Shown here piece after piece: positions 26,801 to 36,343 of a stretch of DNA of 43,120 bases; position 1 is the first letter of the stretch; the number at the start of each line of letters is the position of its first letter. The translations under genes and the position numbers were made by a program. The stretch comes from Flavobacterium sp. (GTDB taxonomy: Bacteria; Bacteroidota; Bacteroidia; Flavobacteriales; Flavobacteriaceae): contig JALRGZ010000078.1 of assembly GCA_023253295.1 (NCBI GenBank), positions 1 to 43,120 on the forward strand. Reading direction: 5' to 3'. Under the pieces are notes generated by a model that searched no databases, was not told the origin of the DNA, and saw nothing but the letters and a program-made list of their open reading frames with translations.

Positions 26801-29800
26801 TAACTCAAAATTCTTCTGTTGCCTTAGTAAAAACAGCAGTGGTAGGAGGAACCGGAGGTTTGGGAGATACGATTACCTATACTTTTGCGGTAACCAACAC
26901 AGGAAATACAACATTAACAAATATTGTAGTAACTGATCCTATGCCGGATTTAGTAATAAGTGGTAGTCCCATCGCTAGTTTGGCTCCTGGAGCTACTAGT
27001 TTAGCTATTACCGGAACCTATATCATTAAACAAACGGATGTTGATGCAGGAAAAGTTAGTAATCAGGCTACAGTTACTGCCAAAGATCCACAAAATAATG
27101 ATGTAACTGATTTATCCGGAACTACAGTATTGACAGATGATACTACTGAAACACCAGTTGGAAACAGATCGACAATTGCTTTAGTAAAATCAGCTTCTAT
27201 TGATGGAACAGGTACCGGACTTTTAGGAGAAACAATTACTTATACATTTGCGGTTACTAATACAGGAACGACCACTTTGACGAATGTTAAGGTTACTGAT
27301 CCAATGACAGGATTAACAATTACAGGAAGTCCAATTGCTACTTTGGCTCCGGCCGCAACGGACTCCAGTATTACAGGAACTTATATAATCACTCAGGCTG
27401 ATATCGATGCAGGTAAAGTAACTAACCAGGCAACAGTTACTGCTAAAGATCCATCTGATAATGATGTTACTGATATTTCGGGTACTACAATAGGAACAAA
27501 TGATGCTACCGAAACTCCGGTAACTCAATCACCGGCAATTGTTTTAGTAAAAACGGGAGTTTATAATGGTAATGCCTCTAAAGCAGCAGTAGGTGATTCT
27601 GTTACTTATACTTTTACTGTTACTAACACCGGAAATACAACTTTGTATAATGTTATAGTTTCTGATCCAATGACTGGTTTAATTATAACTGGTAATCCGA
27701 TTGCCAGTTTAGCGCCAGGTACATCAAATGCTACAATAACAGGAACATATCTGATTACCCAGACAGATATAAATGCCGGAAAAGTAAGTAATCAGGCTAA
27801 AGCTACTGCAAAAGATTCAGAAGGAAATAATGTTGAGGATTTTTCAGGTACAGATGTTAATAATGATGATAGTACTGAAACAACTTTACCTCAGTCTTCA
27901 ACAATTGCCTTAATGAAAACGGCTTCGATTAGTGGAACAGGAACAGGACTCTTAGGAGAGACAATCACTTATACATTTACAGTAAAAAATACAGGAAATA
28001 CCATTTTGACAAACGTTGAGGTTACTGATCCAATGACGGGATTAACTATCACAGGTAGTCCAATAGCCAGTTTAGCTCCTGGAGTTACGAATACAACGAT
28101 AACAGGAACTTATGTAATCACTCAGGCAGATGTTGATGCCGGAAAAGTAAGCAATCAGGCTACTGCTACAGCTAAGGATCCCCAAAATAATGATGTGACA
28201 GATCTTTCCGGAACAACCCTGATAACAGATGATATCACTGAGACACCATTAACACAAAATTCAGCAATTGCTTTAGTGAAAACGGCTTCAATTGGAGGAA
28301 CAGGAACAGGACTTTTAGGAGAGGTAATTACTTATACATTTACTGTGAAAAATACGGGAAATACCACTTTGGCAGTGGTAGAGGTTACTGATCCAATGAC
28401 GGGATTGGCCATCACAGGAAGTCCAATTACTACTTTAGCTCCGGGAGCTACAAATGCAACAATAACCGGAACGTATGTGATTACTCAGGCAGATGTTGAT
28501 GCCGGAAAAGTAAGTAATCAGGCTACAGTTAATGCAAAAGATCCTCAAGATAATGATGTGACAGATCTTTCCGGAACAACACTGACAACTGATGATGTGA
28601 CTGAAACACCACTAACGCAAAACTCAACAATTGCCTTAATGAAAACAGCTTCTGTTGGAGGAACTGGAACAGGACTTTTAGGAGAGACAATCACTTATAC
28701 ATTTACTGTAAAAAATACGGGAAATACCACTTTGACAAATGTTGTAGTAACCGATGATGTGTTATCGGGTATAATCATCACAGGAAGTCCAATTGCTACA
28801 TTAGCTCCGGGAGCTACAAATGCAACAATAACCGGAACGTATGTGATTACTCAGGCAGATGTGGATGCCGGAAAAGTAAGTAATCAGGCAATAGCTACTG
28901 CAAAAGATCCACAAAATAATGATGTGACTGATTTATCTGGTACAACGCTGACAACTGATGATGTGACTGAAACACCACTAACGAAAAATTCAGCAATTGC
29001 CTTAGTGAAAACAGCTGTTTATAATGGAAACGTATCAAAAGCTCAGGTGGGTGATACAGTGACTTATACTTTTACAGTGACTAATACGGGTAATGTAACA
29101 GTAAATAATATTGCTATAAATGACACCAAATTAGGAGTTTCTAATTTAACTCTGGTACCGTCAAGTTTAGCACCTGCGGGAATAGGAACAGCTACTAAAA
29201 CTTATACGATAACTCAGGCCGATATTGATGCAGGAAAAGTGACTAATACCGCTATTGCCCAAGGACAAGATCCACAAGGCGTAGATGTTCAGGATATTTC
29301 AGGAACAGCAGTGGATAATGATGATAGCACCGTTACCAATATTCCTCAAAGTTTTAGTATTGCCCTAGTGAAAACGGCTCAGGTTGTTGGAGCAGTAACA
29401 GTGGGAGGAACCGTTAATTATACTTTTTCGGTGACTAATACAGGAAATGGAGTACTTACTAATATTATAGTTACGGATGGAAAGTCAGGGCTTACCATTC
29501 CTGTGTCAACGATTGCATCTTTAGCAGTTGGTGAAACGAATAGTACTATTACAGGGACCTATACAATCACTCAGGCAGATATTGATGCCAGAATGATAAC
29601 TAATTCGGCACTAGTAGTTGGTAAAGATCCAAATGGTAATGATGTAAGCGACGTATCGGGTACAACTCTTGTGAATAATACACCTACAACAACTCCAATT
29701 ACACCAAATCCTGCGATTTCAATAACTAAAGATGGAATCTATGAAGATACAAATGGAGATGGAAAAACTAATGTTGGAGATCATATTAATTATGTTTTTG

Positions 29801-30789
29801 AAGTTCGTAATACTGGTGATACAACATTATATAATGTTTCGATTACCGATCCTATGGTAACAGTTCAAGGAACTCCTTTGGTAACATTAGCTAGAAATGC
29901 TTCGGATGATTCAACATTTACAGCTAGATACGCTATTTCACAAGAAGATATTAATAATGGAGTTGTTTTTAACTTAGCTACAGCAAAAGGAACTACGGCT
30001 TATAGTGTTGATGTTACCGCAACATCTACCGATCCTACGCCATGTGTGACTTGTCCGGTAGATCCAAGTTGTCCAACTTGTACAGTAACAATATTGGAGC
30101 AGTCACCTAGCATCGCTTTAATGCTAACGGGTGAATTCCAAGATGAAAATGGCGATGGTCAAGCGCAAATAGGAGAAACTATTAGATATACTTATACAAT
30201 TATGAATACTGGAGATGTTCCATTAACTAATGTGTGGATTCAAAATACATTGGTTGGATTGGATAGTAATAGTGGAACAGTCAATATGGCTATTGGAGCT
30301 ATGGATAATACCACTTTTTATGCGGATTATTCTATTACCCAAGCCGATATTATTGCTGGGCATGTAATTAATCAGGCTACTGTTTATGGTACAAGTCCAC
30401 TGGGAGTAATAGTTCAGGATATGTCGGATGACGATAGTCCTCTTGAGGATGACGCTACAGTTATAGGGGTTGATGGTTGTAGAATCGAAATCTTCAATGC
30501 TGTTTCTCCAAATACAGGTTCCATTTATGAAAGAATCTTATTCATAAGAGGCTTAGATTGTTATCCAAATAATTCGGTTCAGATATTTGACCGTTGGGGT
30601 GTAAAAGTATTTGAGGTAGATGGTTATGATAATAATACCAAAGTATTTAGAGGAATTTCTGAAGGAAGAACAACGGTAAGTCAATCAAAGGCACTGCCAA
30701 GCGGAACTTATTTCTATACATTAAACTATGTTGATCAGCAAGGTAAAGGTTATAATAAAGCAGGTTACTTGCATTTGATTAATGAATAA
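23821..30789 (+). CDS. Large secreted adhesin-like protein with DUF11/DUF7507-type Ig-like repeats and T9SS type B CTD
   Basis: Signal peptide ending SYA-Q; four ~170-aa N-terminal repeats; twelve ~120-aa YTFxVxNTGN..YxITQxDxDAG repeats; IFNAVSPN..IFDRWG..LPSGTYFY..GYL CTD. Confidence 0.9.
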   Translation: MKNNYPDLSNKSFFVPQKMSYGFNTLFIVLGFLFLSLNSYAQCNDEIPRPFVTANFDNLSVSKSTFTSGIGLCIGCSITNEANLINASLTDFATASFGALNVGYSHSLRVTDGNTTYAAGTFAGFKIAPTGGLLTLNLLNGITIRTYDEGVLKEAFSGASLLGLSVLSSSTDYIVGFNTSIAFDAIEIVLDGGISALSSTNIYHAVIREYCAGPALECNTITKLSLPTYPVAIDQTNTGVSGVSVGSVSNVENAISSDNSDYATINLTAGLLASGSIAIKDQLTNYPAGTYAGVEIENTALLSLNALGNVVVATYLDGVQKESFSGSNLLANVSLIPSSGPFKLGFVSTQDFDEVKLTLNQTLALNLGTTRVYGAVFEKFCAGPDLSCNTQTAIIAPTYPVYVNNVNSGINGLACALCTITNQDNLIDADLTNYASVNLSVGVGTTGSLSVKNQITDYPAGTFAGYTIENPALLTVDALNTVRITTYLNGVQQETKSGNGALVAVGTDLLVSTGKQTIGFVSAMPFDEVKITFQNTVAVNLGEVKVYNSVLQKLCEPVVECNKTYVWSNPDFPVIIDTDNSGVQGVACVSCAVTDTDNLLTADETDYANITLIAGVVGSGSVAVKDQLFTYPKGTFAGYVIKDLGSLAQVNLLQSLSISTYNNGVLQESGTAGQLIDLSALGLDVLGSVPGTYNIGFKTTLPFDEIRLTLNSVASVINSINVYGAFIDTSESDGGDGSALDCNASSVSITKDGTYVDANLDGKVNVGDRIDYTFVITNTGAKTLTNITVTDDNATVTGTPIASLAPGATDTTSYTASYTITQADIDAAVVYNLATVTAVTNIGTSISATSTDPTPCTSCPVDPDCPDCTITEVLQTDGIALVKTAVVGGTGVKGDVITYTFAVTNTGNTTLTNVVVTDPMTMSGLTISGSPIANLAPGATDTSVTGVYIITQTDVDAGKVTNSALATAKDPQGNDVTDTSGTTITTDDSTETPVTQNSSVALVKTAVVGGTGGLGDTITYTFAVTNTGNTTLTNIVVTDPMPDLVISGSPIASLAPGATSLAITGTYIIKQTDVDAGKVSNQATVTAKDPQNNDVTDLSGTTVLTDDTTETPVGNRSTIALVKSASIDGTGTGLLGETITYTFAVTNTGTTTLTNVKVTDPMTGLTITGSPIATLAPAATDSSITGTYIITQADIDAGKVTNQATVTAKDPSDNDVTDISGTTIGTNDATETPVTQSPAIVLVKTGVYNGNASKAAVGDSVTYTFTVTNTGNTTLYNVIVSDPMTGLIITGNPIASLAPGTSNATITGTYLITQTDINAGKVSNQAKATAKDSEGNNVEDFSGTDVNNDDSTETTLPQSSTIALMKTASISGTGTGLLGETITYTFTVKNTGNTILTNVEVTDPMTGLTITGSPIASLAPGVTNTTITGTYVITQADVDAGKVSNQATATAKDPQNNDVTDLSGTTLITDDITETPLTQNSAIALVKTASIGGTGTGLLGEVITYTFTVKNTGNTTLAVVEVTDPMTGLAITGSPITTLAPGATNATITGTYVITQADVDAGKVSNQATVNAKDPQDNDVTDLSGTTLTTDDVTETPLTQNSTIALMKTASVGGTGTGLLGETITYTFTVKNTGNTTLTNVVVTDDVLSGIIITGSPIATLAPGATNATITGTYVITQADVDAGKVSNQAIATAKDPQNNDVTDLSGTTLTTDDVTETPLTKNSAIALVKTAVYNGNVSKAQVGDTVTYTFTVTNTGNVTVNNIAINDTKLGVSNLTLVPSSLAPAGIGTATKTYTITQADIDAGKVTNTAIAQGQDPQGVDVQDISGTAVDNDDSTVTNIPQSFSIALVKTAQVVGAVTVGGTVNYTFSVTNTGNGVLTNIIVTDGKSGLTIPVSTIASLAVGETNSTITGTYTITQADIDARMITNSALVVGKDPNGNDVSDVSGTTLVNNTPTTTPITPNPAISITKDGIYEDTNGDGKTNVGDHINYVFEVRNTGDTTLYNVSITDPMVTVQGTPLVTLARNASDDSTFTARYAISQEDINNGVVFNLATAKGTTAYSVDVTATSTDPTPCVTCPVDPSCPTCTVTILEQSPSIALMLTGEFQDENGDGQAQIGETIRYTYTIMNTGDVPLTNVWIQNTLVGLDSNSGTVNMAIGAMDNTTFYADYSITQADIIAGHVINQATVYGTSPLGVIVQDMSDDDSPLEDDATVIGVDGCRIEIFNAVSPNTGSIYERILFIRGLDCYPNNSVQIFDRWGVKVFEVDGYDNNTKVFRGISEGRTTVSQSKALPSGTYFYTLNYVDQQGKGYNKAGYLHLINE
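26053..30475 (+). repeat. Twelve tandem ~360-nt Ig-like domain repeats
   Basis: Recurring IALVKTA..ITYTFTVxNTGNTTL..PIAxLAPG..ITQADVDAGKVSNQA; DNA-level near identity between the central copies. Confidence 0.9.
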
Positions 30790-30842
30790 TATGGGGCAGA
30801 GCATTTAAAAAGCTTCTTTTAGAATAAATTAAAATTAATAGT

Positions 30843-31757
30843 ATGAAAACAAATTCTATAATAATACTTCTGTTATTGGTGGTGGTATCTGGTTTTGCTC
30901 AACAGGATTCGCAGTATACTCATTATATGTATAACACCATTAATATTAATCCTGCTTATGCAGGAAGTCGAGGGGTGACAAGTATTTTTGGTTTACATCG
31001 TACACAATGGGTAGGATTAGACGGTGCCCCTACTACAAATGCATTTTCAATTAATACACCTATTCAGAACTCACGTGTGGGTGTAGGTTTGTCTTTTGTA
31101 AATGATAAAATTGGAGCCGCTGATCAAAATAATATTGCAGCAGATGTTTCGTATACAATTCCTACTTCGGAAGAATACAATCTGTCTTTTGGGATTAAAT
31201 TTTCTGCTGATTTATTAAATGTAGATTATACAAAGTTAAATCGTTATGATACAGGAAATCCAATGTTTCAAAATAATATTGATAATGAATTCTCTCCTAA
31301 TATTGGTGCTGGAGTTTATTATCATTCGGATAAACTTTATTTAGGGTTTTCGGTTCCTAACTTTTTAAGTGTAAGACATTTTGATGATAATGAATCGGCC
31401 GCTATAAAAGAAAGATTACATTACTACTTGATGGGAGGTTATGTATTTGATCTTAGTCCAACAGTAAAATTTAAACCAAGTGTGTTAACTAAAATGGTTT
31501 CTGGAGCACCTTTACAAGTTGATTTAGCAGCTAATTTTTTGTTAGAGGATAAGTTTACATTAGGAGCTTCGTACCGATGGAGTGCGGCAGTAACAGCTAT
31601 GGCGGGAATTCAGCTTACAGACGGATTAATGGTAGGTTATAGCTATGATTTTGATACAACAAGTTTGGAAAACTATAATTCAGGTTCCCATGAGATATTC
31701 TTGCGCTTTGAATTGTTTAATGTTCAAAAGAGGATAATAACCCCAAGATTTTTCTAA
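30843..31757 (+). CDS. T9SS PorP/SprF-family outer-membrane protein
   Basis: QQDSQYTHYMYN..INPAYAGSRG..RTQWVG..GAP and GSHEIFLRFE..PRFF; follows a type B CTD gene. Confidence 0.92.
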   Translation: MKTNSIIILLLLVVVSGFAQQDSQYTHYMYNTININPAYAGSRGVTSIFGLHRTQWVGLDGAPTTNAFSINTPIQNSRVGVGLSFVNDKIGAADQNNIAADVSYTIPTSEEYNLSFGIKFSADLLNVDYTKLNRYDTGNPMFQNNIDNEFSPNIGAGVYYHSDKLYLGFSVPNFLSVRHFDDNESAAIKERLHYYLMGGYVFDLSPTVKFKPSVLTKMVSGAPLQVDLAANFLLEDKFTLGASYRWSAAVTAMAGIQLTDGLMVGYSYDFDTTSLENYNSGSHEIFLRFELFNVQKRIITPRFF

Positions 31758-31768
31758 TAAACAAGCAT

Positions 31769-33718
31769 ATGAAAAAGTATTACATATCAATGATGTTGTT
31801 TAGTTTTTGTGCTTTGCAACTTTCAGGACAGGTTAGTTATAATGATAATAAGGGATACAAAGAGTATGATCGTTTTGCTTATATTGATGCTATTAAAACT
31901 TACGAGCGTATGTATGAGAGAGGTTATAAATCTCCTGATATGTTATTAAAACTCGCAAACGCTTATTATTTTAATGGTGATTTAGAAAATTCAGCTAAGT
32001 ATTATAAAGAGTTGTTTGCTACAGATGCAATTATTTCTCCCGAATGTTATTATCGATATGCTCAATCATTAAAATCGATCAAAGAGTATAAAAAGGCCGA
32101 TGAAATGATGATGAAGTTTAATAAGGAAAATGGGAATGATTTAAGAGCAAAATTGGCAAAGACTCAAAAAAATTATTTAGAAGTTATAAAAAGAAATTCG
32201 GGTAGATATGTTATTCAAAATGCAGGTATCAATTCTAAATATTCAGATTATGGAAGTTCATATTATAATGGGAATTTAGTTTTTACTTCTGCTCGTGATA
32301 CCGGAAATTTCGTCAAAAGACGTGATCCATGGACTGGAGAGGGATTTACTAATTTGTATGAGTCCACAATTGATAATGATGGGATGTTGACTAATGTGAG
32401 AAGGGCTTTTAATAATTTAAACACCAAGTTTCACGAAGCTACTCCGGTTTTTACAAAAGATGGGAAAACAGTCTATTTTACCCGAAACAATTACAATGAT
32501 GGTAAAAGAGGGAAAGATGCTAATGAGACTACTTTGTTAAAAATTTACAAGGCTACTTTAAACGGCGATAAATGGGAGAATGTTGTTGAATTGCCTTTTA
32601 ATAGTGATAATTATAGTGTAGCACATCCTGCTTTAAGTTTTGATGAAAAGACGTTGTATTTTGCTTCAAACATGCCAGGAACTGTTGGTCAATCAGATAT
32701 CTATAAAGTGAGTATTAACGAAGACGGGACTTTTGGTACACCAGAAAATCTAGGTAAAGAGATTAATACTGAAGGAAGAGAAACTTTTCCTTATATAACA
32801 GAAAGTAATGAGCTTTATTTTGCTTCAGACGGTCATCCCGGTTTGGGAGGTTTAGATGTTTTTGTTTCTAAAGCCAGAAAAGATGGCAATTTTAAAGATG
32901 TACTAAATGTTGGAGAGCCCTTAAATAGTTCTAAAGATGATTTTGGTTTGTTGTTCAATCCAAGAACTAAAATAGGTTATGTTACTTCTAACAGAGATGG
33001 AGGAATGGGAGGAGATGATATTTATAAAGTTAAAGAAAATAGGTCAATTGAATATCCTTGTGAGCAGTTTTTAGGAGGTACTGTTGTGGATGCGGAAACT
33101 CACGCATTAATCTCGGGTGCTAAAGTCAGCTTATTTGATAGTAATTATAAAGCTTTGAAAACATCGGTTACAAATGCAAGTGGAGAATTTGATTTTGATG
33201 AGATTGATTGTAATGAAAAGTATTATATCAAGACAGAAAAAGAAAATTATAATACCGATGAAATTTCAACAACTATTTCTGGCAACACAGGTAAAACGAA
33301 GGTTCCGGTAGCAATAGAAAAAACATTGAAAAAAGTGACGGTAGGGGATGATATTGCTAAAGTTTTTGGTATTAAAATGATTTATTTTGATTTGAATAAA
33401 TCAGATATTCGTCCAGATGCGGCTTTAGAATTGTCAAAAATTTTAGATGTTATGATGCAAAATCCAAACATTAAAATTGATATTCGTTCGCATACAGATA
33501 GTAGAAATACAGCGGCTTACAATTTAAAACTGTCCGAAAGAAGAGCAGTCTCAACAAGAGAGTGGTTGATTCAAAATGGAATTGATAAATCTCGCTTGAC
33601 GGCTAAAGGTTATGGAGAGTCGCAATTAGTTAATAAATGTGCCGATGGTGTAGATTGTACTGAAGAAGAGCATCAGGCTAATAGAAGAAGTGAATTTGTA
33701 ATTGTAGCTATAAAATAA
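31769..33718 (+). CDS. PorE-like OmpA-family protein (TPR, PD40 propeller, CarboxypepD-like, OmpA C-terminal domain)
   Basis: TPR-like N-terminus; LYFASNMPG and LYFASDGHPGLGGLD repeats; IYFD..SHTDSR..YNLKLSERRA..GYGE..NRRSEF. Confidence 0.92.
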   Translation: MKKYYISMMLFSFCALQLSGQVSYNDNKGYKEYDRFAYIDAIKTYERMYERGYKSPDMLLKLANAYYFNGDLENSAKYYKELFATDAIISPECYYRYAQSLKSIKEYKKADEMMMKFNKENGNDLRAKLAKTQKNYLEVIKRNSGRYVIQNAGINSKYSDYGSSYYNGNLVFTSARDTGNFVKRRDPWTGEGFTNLYESTIDNDGMLTNVRRAFNNLNTKFHEATPVFTKDGKTVYFTRNNYNDGKRGKDANETTLLKIYKATLNGDKWENVVELPFNSDNYSVAHPALSFDEKTLYFASNMPGTVGQSDIYKVSINEDGTFGTPENLGKEINTEGRETFPYITESNELYFASDGHPGLGGLDVFVSKARKDGNFKDVLNVGEPLNSSKDDFGLLFNPRTKIGYVTSNRDGGMGGDDIYKVKENRSIEYPCEQFLGGTVVDAETHALISGAKVSLFDSNYKALKTSVTNASGEFDFDEIDCNEKYYIKTEKENYNTDEISTTISGNTGKTKVPVAIEKTLKKVTVGDDIAKVFGIKMIYFDLNKSDIRPDAALELSKILDVMMQNPNIKIDIRSHTDSRNTAAYNLKLSERRAVSTREWLIQNGIDKSRLTAKGYGESQLVNKCADGVDCTEEEHQANRRSEFVIVAIK

Positions 33719-33788
33719 CTAGTTAATGTAGTAGTTAGGTTAGTTTTTTCCGCTGTCCTATAACGGGGGTTAATTAGGACAGCACTTT

Positions 33789-33832
33789 AAACACACTAAT
33801 TGATCACTTAGGTGGTTAATTAGTGTTTGTTT
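33789..33832. terminator. Long hairpin, probable terminator between convergent genes
   Basis: CACTAATTGATCAC-ttag-GTGGTTAATTAGTG followed by TTTGTTT. Confidence 0.7.
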
Positions 33833-34895
33833 AAAAAAACACTTTAAAAATTTCTGACCAGTTTAAATTGGATTTTATTTCGGAAAGTCCTTTGTAATTA
33901 GCTATTTCATCTAGGTTTTTAATTGTAAAGAGGTCTTGTTTTGTAAAAGGAACAAGACCTTCTTTTTTTAATTTCTCAGCCAGATATTCTTGTTCGTATT
34001 GCCCGGGAGTAGGAATGAAAAAAGCTTTTTTGTTTAGTTTGGATAAATCCATAATCGATGTATATCCTGAACGACAAAGAATAAGGTCACTTTCGTTTAA
34101 AGCCTGTTCAAGCTGGCGGCTGTGCATGAAGTTGTAAAAAGTAACATGATTAATTTGTTCTTTAGTTTGTTCTTTTTCTATGATTCCTTTTATAAAAAGT
34201 ACTTTTCCTTTATATTGAACAGTTTCTATTTTTAGCTTTTCTTCAAGCATTCCTCTTTGCGGTTCCGGACCGGAAAGGATAATCATTAAATCGTATTTTT
34301 TTTCTGCTTTTTTACAGTGCATTCTGCTTAGTGGTCCGATGTATTTTATGTTTAAATCGGGGTGTTTTAAATGGCTTAATTCTCCTGCTAAATTAGTGTT
34401 GCCGTTGGTGTCAGGAATCCAGCATTCAGTATATTTTTTTATGATGTTTTGATGTAGTAAACTTGTTATCCAAGTAGTGTTTCCAGTTAGGACATTCAGT
34501 TGATGTGTAATAAATACTGAGGGGATATTTTTATTGTAAACCCCAAGTCTATTGTCTGAAATTATTCCGTCTATATCGTATTTTTTAATCCATTTTTTTA
34601 CCAATTCCTTTTCTTCTATAATGGCCTCAATCATTTTTGGAATGTTTTTAAGCAGTTTCCATTTAAAATATTTTCCGTTTTTGGCATATTCAATCTCGTA
34701 AGAAGGTAGCTCAAGAAATTTTAAATATGGAAATTCTTTTTTTAATAAGTCTAAGGCAATGCCATCTGAAGCAATAATAGGGATGTAATTATTGTCTTGC
34801 AAGGCTTTAATGATGGGGATACAACGTGTTGCATGGCCTAATCCCCAGTTTAATGGAGCTACCAATATTGTCTTACTAGGAATGTTTATATTCAT
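33831..34895 (-). CDS. Glycosyltransferase (GT-B, GT28 C-terminal-like)
   Basis: LNWGLGHATRCIP, ISDNR, CRSGYTSIMD and PTPGQYEQ motifs. Confidence 0.85.
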   Translation of the reverse strand: MNINIPSKTILVAPLNWGLGHATRCIPIIKALQDNNYIPIIASDGIALDLLKKEFPYLKFLELPSYEIEYAKNGKYFKWKLLKNIPKMIEAIIEEKELVKKWIKKYDIDGIISDNRLGVYNKNIPSVFITHQLNVLTGNTTWITSLLHQNIIKKYTECWIPDTNGNTNLAGELSHLKHPDLNIKYIGPLSRMHCKKAEKKYDLMIILSGPEPQRGMLEEKLKIETVQYKGKVLFIKGIIEKEQTKEQINHVTFYNFMHSRQLEQALNESDLILCRSGYTSIMDLSKLNKKAFFIPTPGQYEQEYLAEKLKKEGLVPFTKQDLFTIKNLDEIANYKGLSEIKSNLNWSEIFKVFF

Positions 34896-35012
34896 TTTTT
34901 AATCGTTTTTATGATAAAAATAATTAAACGAAGATTTTATAGACTTGCCTGCAAATTATTAAACCATTAAGTTAATATTTCCTAAAGTAATGATTAATTA
35001 CTGGATTGAAAT

Positions 35013-35054
35013 AAAAAAAGACACTGAAGTTCATGGGTAAACAACAGTGTCTTT
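35013..35054 (-). terminator. Terminator after aspartate kinase
   Basis: AAAGACACTG-N18-CAGTGTCTTT with an upstream A tract. Confidence 0.6.
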
Positions 35055-35075
35055 AAATGAATTATGTGTAAAAGC

Positions 35076-36332
35076 TTAGTTTTCTTTAGTGACAATTTGC
35101 ATGGTTTCAGTACCTAATTGTTTTAGTAATACTGTTTTTCCTTCCATAACCGTTTGTGCGGCTGCATCGTTAAAATGTCTGATAGTGTAAAGTGTAACAT
35201 CTTCGTTGTAACCCACTTTGAATTTTTTAGACAAAATAGCTAACAAGTCTTTGAAGTTGCCAAATTTGTCCTCAACGCAAACAGAAAAACTAATTGCAGA
35301 GTTTTGAATTAAGTTCACCTTAATTTTGAATTCGTGGAATAATCCAAAAATTTCACTGATGTTTTCTTCCATGATGAAAGAGAAATCAATGGAAGAAAGA
35401 GATATTAATAATTGCTCTCTCTTAACAATAAAACAAGGCATAAATGGTTCAAGCGTAGCCCCTTTGCTTACAACCGTTCCTTTTAATAAGGGATTGATAA
35501 ATGATTTTACGTGTAAAGGAATTTCCTTTTTTTGTAATGGTTGTAAAGTTTTTGGATGGATTACAGTCGCTCCGTAGAATGCTAATTCAATAGCTTCTCT
35601 GTATGAAATTTGGTTTAACAAACTTGCATTTTCAAAATATCTTGGGTCAGCATTCATAACTCCCGGAACATCTTTCCAGATAGTTACACTTTCAGCATTT
35701 AAGCAATAAGCAAAAATAGCGGCAGTATAATCAGAACCTTCGCGACCTAAAGTAGTAGTAAAGTTGTTTTCGTCTGAACCAAGGAATCCTTGAGTGATAT
35801 TTAGTATTTTAGTTTTAATATTGTTGGCAATATTTTTTTGAGTTAATTCCCAGTCTACTTCCGCATCACGGTAGTTGTTGTTCGTTTTTACATAATTACG
35901 AACATCAATCCATTGTGTTTCGATACCTCTAAAGTTCATGTAGTAACTTAAAATTGTAGTCGAAATAATTTCTCCCATACTTACAATTTGGTCATAAACA
36001 AAGTTGTAGTTTGGTGATTTGTTGTGAGCTAAGAAATATTCTAAATCGGTAAAATGATTTTGTACTGCAGCAAAAACTTCGTGATTTTCATCTTCGAATA
36101 AATCCAAAAGAATTTGATTGTGGTATTTTTTTATTTCTTGTACTGAAGCATTAAGCTCAGCTGATTTGTCAAAATAATTTTTGATTACTACTTCTAGAGC
36201 ATTAGTAGTTTTTCCCATTGCTGAAACCACTAATAATACATCTTCATAGCCTGCTTTTTGTAAAACGTCATATACGTTTCTTATTCCGGCTGCATCTTTT
36301 ACGGAAGCTCCACCAAATTTAAATACTCTCAT
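35076..36332 (-). CDS. lysC: Aspartate kinase
   Basis: VFKFGGASV, VVSAMGKTT, TTLGREGSDYTA and ADPR motifs. Confidence 0.93.
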   Translation of the reverse strand: MRVFKFGGASVKDAAGIRNVYDVLQKAGYEDVLLVVSAMGKTTNALEVVIKNYFDKSAELNASVQEIKKYHNQILLDLFEDENHEVFAAVQNHFTDLEYFLAHNKSPNYNFVYDQIVSMGEIISTTILSYYMNFRGIETQWIDVRNYVKTNNNYRDAEVDWELTQKNIANNIKTKILNITQGFLGSDENNFTTTLGREGSDYTAAIFAYCLNAESVTIWKDVPGVMNADPRYFENASLLNQISYREAIELAFYGATVIHPKTLQPLQKKEIPLHVKSFINPLLKGTVVSKGATLEPFMPCFIVKREQLLISLSSIDFSFIMEENISEIFGLFHEFKIKVNLIQNSAISFSVCVEDKFGNFKDLLAILSKKFKVGYNEDVTLYTIRHFNDAAAQTVMEGKTVLLKQLGTETMQIVTKEN

Positions 36333-36343
36333 ATTTTGTTTTT

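Noticed and set aside
34952-34996. Pho-box array upstream of the glycosyltransferase
   Set aside because: One reasonable hexamer, off-phase by 1 nt, and the rest degenerate; not distinguishable from AT-rich background.
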